Origin: Amoebidium appalachense
Lineage: Eukaryota; Protista; Ichthyosporea
Assembly (NCBI GenBank): GCA_963693365.1
Contig: CAVNZM010000005.1
Span: 10,210,334-10,274,333, forward strand
Length of the DNA stretch: 64,000 nt
Direction: 5' to 3'
Positions 44,632 through 58,004 of the stretch are shown here, one piece after another. The notes under the pieces were generated by a model that was given only the letters and a program-made list of their open reading frames with translations, ran no database searches and was not told where the DNA came from. How positions within the stretch are numbered: the first letter of the stretch is position 1; every line of letters begins with the position of its first letter. Made by a program: the position numbers and the translations under genes.

Positions 44632-45525
44632 GGTGCGTGCACGCACGTGTTTATGTATGCCCGTGATTGTGTGTGTGTTTGTGTGCGTGCGCGCGCCGCC
44701 ACTGCACGCGCAGGTGCCCTTGTGTGCGTCAAAAAACACCATGCACGCTGGACACCCGGCTGACACAAACGCGCTCATTAAGCCTTTAATATGCTCAAGG
44801 TTCGCGTCACTGCGCGCGCACACACAGGTTTCTCGACCTCTCTTATTCATTCCCACAAGTCTTTCCGTCTAGCTTCCCTCAGCTCCCTTACCTCTCCCTC
44901 CCTTTCTTTCCCATCTCGCCCTCACTTTCGTTCTCTTTTTCACTCCCCCCTCTACCTCCCCCCCTCCCCCCCTCTACACCCCCCCCCCCCCCCCCCCCCG
45001 CCCCTCGCCCCCGTCCCGCTTTGGCGCTGTGTGGTGTTGTTGCCGATACATATATGCACATTTGTGTGCCAGAGCAGGAAGGGTGGGTGGGTGGGTGGGG
45101 GGGGGGGGGGGGGGGGGGGAGAATAAACGGAGGGAGATGTAGGGGGGAGCTAGACGGTAAGTGAGTAGGAATAAGAGCGAGCGAGAAAGCATATGTGTGT
45201 GCGCGCACGCACACCCTGAGCATATCATTGGCTTAGTGAGCGTGTTGGCGTGAAGCGGACGTGTGTGCAGTGTGGTTTTTTGTATCCCCGTAAGAGACCT
45301 CATTAAGAAAGAGAGAGGAAGGCCTACGTGCCGGCGGGCTTGTAAATACGGGAGGATGGGATGGGGCAGCGAGGGATAGTGCTGGCGTCGGTTGTGTTTG
45401 GCGATGCACTAGCGCTAGGACTATTTTTACGTGTGTTCTTGTATGATGGCGCATGTGTGCAATGCGGATGGATGGGTTCCTGCCATGATAGGGCCCAACC
45501 ACATCGGCTGAGTCAACTTGCTCCG

Positions 45526-45807
45526 AGCAGAATTCTTCTGCAAAAAGCAGAATTATTCTGCAAAATGCAGAATTACTCTGCTAAAAGCAGAACTATTCAG
45601 CAAACGCAGAAATATTCTGCTTAAGCGCTTAGAGCAGAATTATTCTGCAAACAGCAGAATTCATCTGCTAAAAGCAGAATAGTTCTGTCAAAAGCAGCAT
45701 CACTCTGCTGTCGAAAGCAGAATATTCTGCTTTTTGCGAAGTAGTTCTACTAAAAGCAGAATCATTCTGCTAAGAGCAGAGTGATTCTTTTCAAAGCAGA
45801 ATAACTC
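45526..45807. repeat. Array of about 14 ~20-bp palindromic units (AAAAGCAGAATTATTCTGC)
   Basis: Each unit has a GCAGAA-N3-TTCTGC dyad. Confidence 0.85.
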
Positions 45808-46424
45808 ACATGATCTGAGAGTAGATGCACCAAATCTATATAGCTATATATATGCCGGTCCAGATGATTGGACAATTGTCAGTGGTGCAAATGCCGTATA
45901 TATATATATAAAGCATGTGCCTGGGACATGTCACAGTCGTTGGGGGCAAATGGATGTTGAGAGTGTACTATGTAGTGAGTTCGAGGCTGACTACCCGTAG
46001 GGTCAGGCCGGACACACACCAGATCTGCGCGACTATGATTGGTGAATATCCCACCAGATCGATATTCTGATTGGTGGAGCCGCTCATATAAAAGCAGCCT
46101 CCGAGAACTCTCGAGAGGTCAGATTGACACATGCATTCTCGTGTGAACTCGAGCGCAAGAGAGGTACCACATTCACAGTCAGTTTTTTTACGGTTTATTT
46201 GCATGATCAAGAGCCAGCTGCCCTATGTTTACATGGCTAAGATACAAATTTAGTTGCCGGAGAGAATGCATAATCTGAAATATAGTGTGGGGTTTTTATT
46301 GCCACAGCTGTTGACGCAGTCAGGTACAGCATGTAGGCAAAAAATATGTAACTTGAATAGCAATATGTACTGTCACCTTGCACGTACACATATTAAGTAA
46401 ATTGCCGAAAGAAAAAAGCGGCAT

Positions 46425-46856
46425 TTACTGGCAGGTACCAGACTCATCAGGGAAGTTGCCCGGGACGAAGGTACTCTTGCAAGCCACACAGCAGCTAGCA
46501 TCGCTCTGGCTTGGAACGCGGCCCCAGTCGCAGACCTGCACCCCCTCACCGTTGTCCCACGTGGGCAGGCACTCAAGAGGGGTAGGGGCAGGGGGGGTCT
46601 CGTGCTCAATCTCCTGTGCTGTCTGCACGCACGTTCCGCTCACGTTGGGGAACCCCATGGGCTCCTGGTACTGAAGCTTGAGGTCGGTGCAAGACTCACA
46701 CGTGTTGTCGGCCTTTTGCTGGAAACCCCAAGCGCACACACAGCTACCCTCGCCGTTGTCAAAGGAATTGGGCGCACAGGGGGTGTAGTCGCGGCGCTGG
46801 GGGGCAGCAGCCACGGCGGTGGCGAGCAGAGCAACGGCGGCGGCGAACTTAAGCAT
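46425..46856 (-). CDS. Small secreted cysteine-rich protein with two internal repeats (143 aa)
   Basis: Signal peptide MLKFAAAVALLATAVAA, dibasic RR, and two copies of C-x-P...DNGEG-xx-VC-x-WG...C-xx-C...FP-xx-SGTC; GC3-rich codons; TATA-like element near 46949-46957. Confidence 0.85.
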   Translation of the reverse strand: MLKFAAAVALLATAVAAAPQRRDYTPCAPNSFDNGEGSCVCAWGFQQKADNTCESCTDLKLQYQEPMGFPNVSGTCVQTAQEIEHETPPAPTPLECLPTWDNGEGVQVCDWGRVPSQSDASCCVACKSTFVPGNFPDESGTCQ

Positions 46857-47889
46857 TTTCTGATGTTGGTGAGGAGGGGGAGGAGGTTGAATGTGTGGCA
46901 GGTGCGTTGTGTGATGCTTTCTGGATGAAAATGTAGGGTCGAGTGCGCTATATATTTGAGGTGGTGTGAGCTCCGGACTCTATAACGACTCCCGAGATCC
47001 TGTGTCCCGCGTGATCGATATCCAGAGCTACGGATAGAACGAGATTTTTCTTCCCCAGCCCTTTTCTGAGAGTGTGCAAAGGTGGGGATATTTTGAGTCA
47101 CGATGTAGTTCCGAATCTAATCATACTCACAGTGCGGACAAAAGGGAAGCTCGTCGATTTACGTAAGATAATTAAATTACCATGACAGGCACAGTACAGT
47201 AAGAGGCTCTGTTCTCGCAAAATGTATGTAAATATAGAAATTTAAAAAAATGCTATGCATCCCCAGCCGCGAGCCGTGCAAGTGCCACGCGCGGCAACTG
47301 CTGGAGGACGCGGGTCATCACATGTGCTGGAGCGATGGCATCAACCGTTGACTCTAAGGACTATGCTCATCGTAACGGAAAAAGCATGCTTCCCCACTCT
47401 TTTTTCTTATTTTTTATATCTATCTATGAATCGTGCCTTGCGCCATAATAACATAATTGTGCGCCTACGTAGGGTACACTTGGAATACAGCGCTGGCGGA
47501 GCATATTGCAGGTTGCAACGACAACGGTCACCCGACCGTCACCCGTAATTAGATCTAGAGCAGATCTGGGCATAAAAAGAAGCCAATGAACGAGGAACGA
47601 TCATGGAGATGTGCAAAAGGTCTGGGAAGAATTTTTAGGATTTGTAAGGGTAACAATGGTTATACACTAGACACTAGTGTCGAGAATTAATCTAAACAAC
47701 ATATACAAATATTTATTTATTTAGAAATTTCCGTCCAGATATACTATTTTGGAAGCCTTTAACAATACATATACAAATTCAAAATTTACACTTTTTAGAA
47801 TCTCTAGATCTCAAAAATCCATTGGTGAAATGGCCGCCTGTCTGAACCAACCAAAAGCGCGACGGATCTGGAGCCAAAGCCCTTCACCA

Positions 47890-48910
<1,021 letters not shown>

Positions 48911-48933
48911 CATACTCAAGTGACTGCACAGTT

Positions 48934-49858
48934 TGTTAAATGTTATAAGTATTTAGGATGTAAGCAGAGACACAGTGGTGCAGTGTGAAAACACCACAGA
49001 CACACACAACAACAAAACACGGAACGATCGGAGCAGTGTACACAACAGACATCAATGTTTAGACACGACTGAACTGAATTTATTCTGATCTTCGAATAAA
49101 TACCTGAAATTCCTCTAAGTCCAATCCATACATGATTTCCGACCAGTCGGAAATCAGATCCATCTCTAATAGAAACCAATCACTAAGAACCAATTGCTTT
49201 CAGAGAGATCCGGTACGCGGAGGCGTACACGATAGGACACAGACACTAGTTAGGATCAACTCGTGTCATCATCAAGGAAGTTCTAACCTATGACATACTG
49301 CAAAGACTCAGACATATCACACTTAACCTTGATGATTGGTTAAAGCCCGGCAACACATGAAAACTAAAGTGAATTAATGAAGTCTAAACACACATGCTAT
49401 TCTAAGTGTAGCCTAAGTGTGTTACCGTCCAATGAACACGTATTAAGTAACACAAATCTACCTAACATATATTAGTAGAAAAGAAATACGATTATACACA
49501 TGAAGACAAGGAGAGAAAGAAAAGAAAATAAGGAAGGAGAAAGAGGAAGGAAAAGAGAGCACAGATCAACAAACAAGATAGTAATAGCATAACTATAACC
49601 AGAGATATTTATGTACACACGAACATGTACACGTCTCTCCCTGAGTGGGTGGATCCGTGTACACACATATAAATATTCTAATCGATATTACAATACACGA
49701 TTAAAGCCGATACAACACGATTACAAGTATACAAGCATATCGGAGATCGATGCTACACTTTACATAATAGGAGTGTGGCATTTACACTAAGCATATGAAC
49801 TGAAACATAACACAAACTGAGAAGATCTTACCATATGTAAATACTACGTATTACAACA
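48934..49858 (-). repeat. Copia 3' LTR (925 bp)
   Basis: Matches 54748-55672; the only difference I noticed is C49813 vs T55627. Confidence 0.95.
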
Positions 49859-50277
49859 TCCCCACTTAAGACTTTGAAGTTTGTGTTATCATATCCCCAC
49901 TGAACTAGTGAAATCTCCCCACTTGAGAACAGAAACGGAAAAAAAAAATTAAAGTGTGTACTTTTCCCGGGGGGGGGGGGGGGGGGAGAAGGGGGGGGGG
50001 GGGGGGGGGGAAGGGGGGGAGGGGGGGGGGGGGGGGGGGGGGGGGGGAGGGGGGGGGGAAGGAACCGGGGCAAAAACAACGAATATATATAACGTGTATA
50101 GGCAGTGTTTGATTAACTGGGTTTTAAACCAGTGAAAGATAGAGTAGAGTGATGGTACAGGTCAAACCTTATATATAAACCCTAAGTGGGCATACCCACA
50201 AAGGCAATACATATGATATAATGATGTTGATAAAGTAAGTAGTACACATGAGAAAATCACTCTTGAAGTAGGTCGGG

Positions 50278-53200
50278 TCAATCCACAATATCCGGTAAAC
50301 AAAGTCGAGCACGATGGTGGACATGACTCGGGCCGGGGAGGGGTTTGGTGAGTATGTCAGCTAAGTTGTGGGCTGACTCAACGTAGTGGACAACCACGTC
50401 CCCACTGGCAATGTAGTCCTTGGTGTTGTGATACCGGACGGCAATGTGTTTGGTACGGTGCTTGATGCCGGTGGAGTTGACGATGGCAATGGTCGACTGG
50501 TTGTCACAGTACACCGGAGTCGGAGCAAGCATGGGACAGCCGAGTTCCTTGAAGAGGTCACGGACCCAAGCAACTTCTTGGGTGCCAGCATTGAGAGCAA
50601 TCAGCTCAGCTTCAGTGGTGCTGGTGGCCGTGATGGGCTGGAGCTTGGAGTACCAGATGACGGGCATACCAGCAAACACGATAATGTAGCCGGTGGTAGA
50701 CTTCTTGCTGTCGGCACAACCAGCAAAGTCAGCATCCGTGTAGCATTCGAGTATGGGGGACTGGGTGGCCGAGTACTTGTAGTCAATGCCAAGGTCAATG
50801 GTGCCGAGCAGGTACCTGGCCACACGACGGAGAAGGTCCCAGTGAGTCTTGCCGGGGTTGGTGCTGAACCGACCAAGGAAGCCGATGGCATAGGCAATGT
50901 CGGGACGTGTGCACCGTGCCACCCAGAGGAGACGGCCGAGTAACTCACGGTAGGGCACGGTGAACGGTTGGGGGGGGCAATCAGCCAGGGAGACGGTGGT
51001 GCCTGCAGGGATGGGGGTAGACTTGGACTTGGCATCGGTGAGGTTGAAGTCGTGGATGATATCCATGATGTAAGACCTCTGGTGCATGTGGAGGTGATGG
51101 GGATCAGAGTGATTAAAATCAACACCGAGCATACGGTCAAATGGACTCATACGACAGCTGGCCATCTTGCTGATGTGGGCAGCCAGGTCACTGGCAGCAG
51201 TAGAACCCCGGGTGTTGGTGATGGTGGAGTCATCGACGTAGTTACCAGCCCGTACCACATCGTTGTTGGGGAAGAACCGGAGGTAGATGCACGGGTCGGT
51301 CTTAGTACGGGTCAGGCCATGGGCAAGAAGAATGCCGTCGAGGAAGTCGTACCAAGCCTTGGAGGCTTGCTTGAGGCCGTACAGGGCTTTCTTGAGTCTC
51401 CAGACCTTGCCAAGTGTGGCCATGGTGATGAATCCCGGGGGTTGTTTCATGTAGATGGTCTCGGTGAGTGGGCTGTTGAGAAAGGCCGTAGACACGTCGA
51501 GTTGATGTATGTCATGACCTTCAACAACGGCCAGAGCTAGGATGGCACGGAGAGCAGCCGGACGGATGACAGGGCTCTCAATCAACTCATAGTCAACACC
51601 GTATTGCTGACTGAAGCCTTGAGCAACACCACGTGCCTTGATCTTGGTGTCACCAGCCGAGTTGAGAGTTTTCTCGGAGACAATCCACTTGAAGCCGACG
51701 ATGTTAGCACCAGGGGGAGGGTCAACAAGTTCAAAGATGTCTTTGTCGACGAAGGCTTGATACTCAGCAGTCAGGGCTGACTTGACCTGATCACCATTGG
51801 GTCCGGAACAGAGTTGACGGACAAGTTTGGGTAGTTGGTCGATGTTGATGGGGGGACCGGGGGGGACTGGCAGGGTGGTGGTGGCTTGAAGTCCAACCTT
51901 GCCCTGGAGACGGGCAGAACGACGGGGTGCAGGAACCGGGGTAGGTGGAGACGGTGGGGGGGGAACTTGGAAGTTCGGAAGTGCAGGGGGGGCAACCTCC
52001 GGGCTGGACGGGGCCGAGTGGAAGTTGTCGGGGGAGCCGGGTCGGATGGGTGTGACGTTGCCAGGGCCAGGATGAGGGTCGGCAGGCTGGACGGGCACGG
52101 GGGCAGGGGGGCCGGTGGGGGGGGGGTGTCGGGGGAACGACGATGGCAGGAGGGGGGCCAGAGTACACCAGACAAACATCATCTTCAGTGTCAACTGTGG
52201 GGGGTGGGGTGGTCGAGGTAGCAGTGGTGTCGGGGGTCGGAAGGGTTGATGGAATGTCGGACGGGAGATAAGCTGATTCGTCGAAAATCACATCACGGAA
52301 GAGGCCGACACGATGGGTGGTGGCATTGAAGATCCGGTGGCAGTGTGATTGAAGATCATAGCCGATATACATGCCGAGTTTGACGGTGGGGGCCAGCTTG
52401 TTCCGTTTAGAGGCTGGCACGTGAGTGTAGGCAGGGCAACCGAACACTTTGAGCTCGGAGATGTCGGGCTTGACACCGTAGAAAACCTCGAATGGTGTAC
52501 GACCATTGGCAGTCGTGGACGGGGTGACGTTGATGATGTAGGCGGCATGTTGGAGGGCCTCAGCCCACAGTTTGGGAGACAGAGACTGATCTTGGACTTG
52601 ATGGAGGAGGCAACGGACAATCTCTTGGAGGAACCGCATACGTCGTTCAACATAGCCGTTCAGTTGAGGGCAGTCCACCGGAGCATAGCTGGCCTTGATG
52701 CCCTGGGAGAGGCAAAAAGCACGGGTATCCTTGGAGGTGAACTCAGAGCCGGAGTCGAAGTGGTAAACACCAACTTTGGAGGGGGCATGGGTGGCAACGA
52801 GGTTGGTGTGAGCTGTGAGAATATCCAGGGTGGTGGTACGGTCGGCCATCGGGTAGATCTTGACGAGGCCAGAGGCACGGCAGACAGTGACGAGAGCAAC
52901 CTTGGAACCTCCGTACGATGTTGTGGTAGGCTCAAAAAAATCCCAATGCCATTCATGACCGGGGATGTTGGAGTGAGGACGGTCACCCCTGAACGGAGCC
53001 TTGGTGGTCTTACCCATAATGCAGCCATGACAATCAGGAACATCACAGGCGAGGACAGAGGAGGGGAGACCAATAACAAGGTCGTGTTTCACCATGTCCT
53101 TGATGCTGGTCATAGCTCGGTGCCCCAGACGATGGTGCCAGATGGATGGGTTAACACTGGTAGTGGCAGCCAGAGCCACAGGACGAGTGGGTGGTTGAAT

Positions 53201-54685
53201 GGTGTAGTCCTTGAAGTAATACAGACCGTTGTGTAGACGGAGGTTGACGAGATGACGGCCGGTGAGTCGGTCGAAGAGGAATGACGGAGTGGAGGCATCG
53301 TTCAAATCACCCTTGATGTATTCGGCAGCAGCTTGGGATGTTGAAATGAGGAAGGCTTGGCCAGACGGGGTGTAGTAGGCTTCAATGGTTAGGGTGGTAG
53401 TGCCATGGTCGGTGGTGGTGTTGATGACGATATGGCCGGTGTGAGTGGCCAAGACGGGGGTGCCATTGAAGGCAGCAACGGGAGTCGGTGTCGGAAGGGG
53501 AGTGAGGTCATGGAAGAACTCACGGGTGGGGCAAACAGTCATGTTGCACCCGGAATCCCAGGCAGGGTCGGAGGACACGGGGACGGAGCTAGCATTGTAT
53601 GCCGAGAAAGCAAAGGAGACAGATTTCTCACTGCCTTGACGGGAACGGTTGTGTCTGGACATACGGCATTTCGGCTCAGGGCAATCGATGATCGTGTGAT
53701 CAGGCTCGTGGCAGTAGGAGCATTCTTTCACGGACGGGGTGTTAGAACGAGCCGGGGAATCAGAACGACGGGAACCCGAGAAACGGGAACGACTGGGGGA
53801 ACGAGACGTGGACCGGAAGGCAGGCCGGTGGGGGGAACGGGATCGGGGGTGCTGACGGGAGAGACGAGTTCGGAGGTCCGTGCCAGAGGTACGGTCAAGT
53901 CGGGTGCGTAAGTCACGGCGAGGAAGATCACGGGGGGGAGCACTGGCATTTAATGCCATGCTGGACTTGGAGGCACGGTGGGCACGGTTGTTCCGGAGTT
54001 GCATCTTGAGGTCTTGACGTAACTCGATGCCCTTGACGTGGTTATGGAGGGACTCGAAGTCGGGGAATAGCTTATCACCGAAGTGATAGTCTTCGATAAG
54101 ACGATTGAACTCAGGGGTGAGGTCGTCTCTGGTGGTGAGTTCATTGAAGAACTTCTCAGCTAGACGAGTGAAGTGAATGGACTCATCTTGGAGAGACTGG
54201 AGCTGGTTCACGATGGTCTGCAGACGGCTCAGGTAGGTGGTGAATGATTCACCGGGCTGAAGGGCACAGGCATCCCACTGACGGTGAAGGATGCGGATCT
54301 GATCGGGTTTGCCTTGGAGATAGTGTTGACGGAATTTCCACATGGCCCGTTCAGGGTCCATGCCAATACGGTACTGGGCAACGGTGGTGAGGACGGAAGG
54401 GTCGATGTTCTGTATCATATGGAGCAGGAGGCAATTGCGGGCCTCTTTGAGTTCCGCGGTAGTGCCGTAGCCATAGAAGGGGGGTTCACCGTCAACCGCG
54501 ACGGTGGTAGGGGGGACGTAGTTGTCAGCAAGGACAACATCCACGAGTCGGACACCTTTAGTGCCGGTCATCATGCCGAGAAAAATGATTTCCCATTGAA
54601 AATAGGTAGTTTTGCTATCGGGACCAGTCTTCCCTTCACCTTTCCACATGGTGATTTTGTTTACGCCAGTTTTGTTTGGATCCAT
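50278..54685 (-). CDS. Copia gag-pol polyprotein, split into two ORFs by one extra base in a G10 run (52117-52126)
   Basis: Zinc knuckle CSYCHEPDHTIIDC, protease WDSGC, WHHRLGH...CHGC, integrase WHWD/DSGSEF/NGYVERR, RT YGLKQA and YVDD, RNase H YTDADFAG...NLADILTKPL. Confidence 0.95.
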
Positions 54686-54747
54686 GATTGAAAAACGAGC
54701 GCGAGTTCTAGATGTGTGTAGGGAGCGTACAAAAGGGCTGCATAACC

Positions 54748-55672
54748 TGTTAAATGTTATAAGTATTTAGGATGTAAGCAGAGACACAGTGGTGCAGTGT
54801 GAAAACACCACAGACACACACAACAACAAAACACGGAACGATCGGAGCAGTGTACACAACAGACATCAATGTTTAGACACGACTGAACTGAATTTATTCT
54901 GATCTTCGAATAAATACCTGAAATTCCTCTAAGTCCAATCCATACATGATTTCCGACCAGTCGGAAATCAGATCCATCTCTAATAGAAACCAATCACTAA
55001 GAACCAATTGCTTTCAGAGAGATCCGGTACGCGGAGGCGTACACGATAGGACACAGACACTAGTTAGGATCAACTCGTGTCATCATCAAGGAAGTTCTAA
55101 CCTATGACATACTGCAAAGACTCAGACATATCACACTTAACCTTGATGATTGGTTAAAGCCCGGCAACACATGAAAACTAAAGTGAATTAATGAAGTCTA
55201 AACACACATGCTATTCTAAGTGTAGCCTAAGTGTGTTACCGTCCAATGAACACGTATTAAGTAACACAAATCTACCTAACATATATTAGTAGAAAAGAAA
55301 TACGATTATACACATGAAGACAAGGAGAGAAAGAAAAGAAAATAAGGAAGGAGAAAGAGGAAGGAAAAGAGAGCACAGATCAACAAACAAGATAGTAATA
55401 GCATAACTATAACCAGAGATATTTATGTACACACGAACATGTACACGTCTCTCCCTGAGTGGGTGGATCCGTGTACACACATATAAATATTCTAATCGAT
55501 ATTACAATACACGATTAAAGCCGATACAACACGATTACAAGTATACAAGCATATCGGAGATCGATGCTACACTTTACATAATAGGAGTGTGGCATTTACA
55601 CTAAGCATATGAACTGAAACATAACATAAACTGAGAAGATCTTACCATATGTAAATACTACGTATTACAACA
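54748..55672 (-). repeat. Copia 5' LTR (925 bp)
   Basis: Matches 48934-49858. Confidence 0.95.
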
Positions 55673-55861
55673 CAGTTGGGATGGTGGTTCTGAATAGGCC
55701 CAGGCGCGGCAGCCTGAGAGTACTATGGGGTGGCAAGACATTGAACAGGCTGGATCAAAAAATCTTGCCTTGTGTTTCGAGCCATCCGATTGGTAGAAAG
55801 TGTAGCAATTCGGCAGTACCTCAGCAATTCATGTACGTTTCATATGCGCAGCAGATGAAAG

Positions 55862-56863
55862 ATGTTTCACGGATCACTTCGGGCGCAGGCAGCCGGGCGG
55901 CCCATGACGTCACGGGCCGCGGCGCCAGGCGCAGCCGCAGCGGCGGCTGACATCGGTCTGGCGCAGCGCCTGACGTCAGGCGCCACCAGCGCCGGTATTT
56001 CCGGCGCAGCACACTGCAGATGCAGGCCACCTTCGTTTTCGCCGTGTGCTGCACGTACGGTTTTTGTTAGCACGATTGCGTTTTCGGTGGCTAGCACACG
56101 GCGGCTCAAGTCCCCTGCAGGCCAGCCCGGCCCCCCTTCCCAGCAAGATCTTCTCCTGCGCGCCTTCCCCCACCTCGTCAACCTTGGCGGGGGCGGAACC
56201 GGTAGGAACCCCCCTGTCACGGGGCCCCCTGCCGCTGCGGCGGGGGCCGTGGATGCTGTAGAGCAACCCCCCGGCAACGCCAACAAGCGCCCCCGTGAGG
56301 AGGACCCTCAGGGCGGCGACATGCACCAGCTGCCTCCGCCGCCCAATGCCCTGCAACTGGCCGTTTGGGGGGCCAGCCAGCGCAGCCAGTCGAACCCACC
56401 CTGCCCCCACCTGTCCCCGGAGGTCCGGGGGGCTGCCATCTTCGAGCCTATGCAGCATTTCGCTTTACTCGACCTGCTGCCGCCCACGGGCTCTTCTGTC
56501 CACACGCAGCGCCAGCCGGTTTCCCTGCCTGGCCTGCCTGCTGGCACGGTTGTGCTGCAGACGCCTGGCACCCAGCGCCAGCCCGCCCTGTGCCCGGACC
56601 TGCAGACCTACCTGCGCTGCATCTTGCAGCTGCTACGCCTACGCATCAACGCCGACGCCCCCGTCACGGCCCTGCTGGCCCACGCCGAGTTTGTGGCCAC
56701 TGAGTTGGCACCCGAGTACCAGTGGGCTGCCATCATGCGCTGGGAGGATGCACACCGCCGGTCGTGCGCTGCCTCTGGCCGCCCACTCGACGCACCCGAC
56801 GCTGTGCAGCTGGCCGTGTCCCTGTCTGGTGCCCGCCTGCACCACTGGCAGGCACCCACCGCT
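55862..56863 (+). CDS. Ngaro ORF1 (gag-like), interrupted by the TRIM
   Basis: LAPEYQWAAIMRWEDAHRR resembles DIRS/Ngaro gag helices; it lies right after repeat A1; true start uncertain. Confidence 0.65.
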
Positions 56864-57999
56864 TGTTGGAGTGCAGACTTACGCTCACTCCACAATATGT
56901 GTATGTTAGCTTTACAATTGGTTCCGTGTACACAGACACACACTGACACTCGATCACCACATGCACATCTGCATAGTTGAGGAATGTTGCCAATTGTGTT
57001 TTGACTGCAAACGATTGGTTCACTGGTCCCAGAGATCTCTAAATAAAAGTAACCAATCCGATTAGCGCCTGGCATCCGGATTACATTCCAGACTGCTGCC
57101 CCACGGGTATATAAACCACGTCTCTGCCAGGTGCAGACATGGAGTTCAGTCATGGAGTTCAGTCATGGAGTTCAGTCATGGAGTTCAGTCATGGAGTTAA
57201 CACACTGAAAGCAGTAAAAAACGGGTCAGCGCCCAAGCGCGCCACGACGACCCTAGTCACAGCGGACTCTACTTTCAACAGGGTTATGGGCCCAGACACG
57301 ACACCGCGGCCTCTAACTTCACGTCCCCTACGACGCCTTGAACGGAGGAGCCAGAACCCGACTTCTAGGCTGTACCCTACACCCGCGAGCGTATTTCCGT
57401 GAAGTAGAGACTTTCGCTTCCACAAACTCCATCCGCAGCAGCCTGCGACATCAACGTCAAGTATTCCACTTCATTGGCGGGGCAAGCACCACAGTGGAAT
57501 GCACACCCCGGTCTACCCTGCAAGTAGCCACACTCACTCTCTCTTCTCTAGTGGTGTGTACACTTCTCCAATTGGGTAGGGGTGTTGGAGTGCAGACTTA
57601 CGCTCACTCCACAATATGTGTATGTTAGCTTTACAATTGGTTCCGTGTACACAGACACACACTGACACTCGATCACCACATGCACATCTGCATAGTTGAG
57701 GAATGTTGCCAATTGTGTTTTGACTGCAAACGATTGGTTCACTGGTCCCAGAGATCTCTAAATAAAAGTAACCAATCCGATTAGCGCCTGGCATCCGGAT
57801 TACATTCCAGACTGCTGCCCCACGGGTATATAAACCACGTCTCTGCCAGGTGCAGACATGGAGTTCAGTCATGGAGTTCAGTCATGGAGTTCAGTCATGG
57901 AGTTCAGTCATGGAGTTAACACACTGAAAGCAGTAAAAAACGGGTCAGCGCCCAAGCGCGCCACGACGACCCTAGTCACAGCGGACTCTACTTCCAACA
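56864..57999 (+). mobile_element. Non-autonomous miniature LTR element (TRIM), Copia-derived, nested in the Ngaro
   Basis: 417-bp TG...CA LTRs at 56864-57280 and 57583-57999 (one mismatch noticed); TSD CCGCT; PBS GGGTTATGGGCCCAG; PPT GGGTAGGGG; 302-bp internal region. Confidence 0.95.
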
Positions 58000-58004
58000 C
58001 CGCT

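Larger units (their letters stand above)
48934..55672 (-). mobile_element. Full-length Ty1/Copia LTR retrotransposon
   Basis: Two 925-bp TG...CA LTRs; TSD CAGTT (48929-48933 / 55673-55677); PBS-like GGTTATGCAGCCC next to the 5' LTR; PPT AAGTGGGGA next to the 3' LTR; gag-PR-IN-RT-RH order. Confidence 0.97.

Noticed and set aside
43600-45500. Scattered exon-like fragments (e.g. EGLEAEFEAILA on the minus strand)
   Set aside because: Strand signals conflict and no phase-consistent model emerged.
45526-45807. CRISPR-like array
   Set aside because: Eukaryotic context, no unique spacers and no cas genes.
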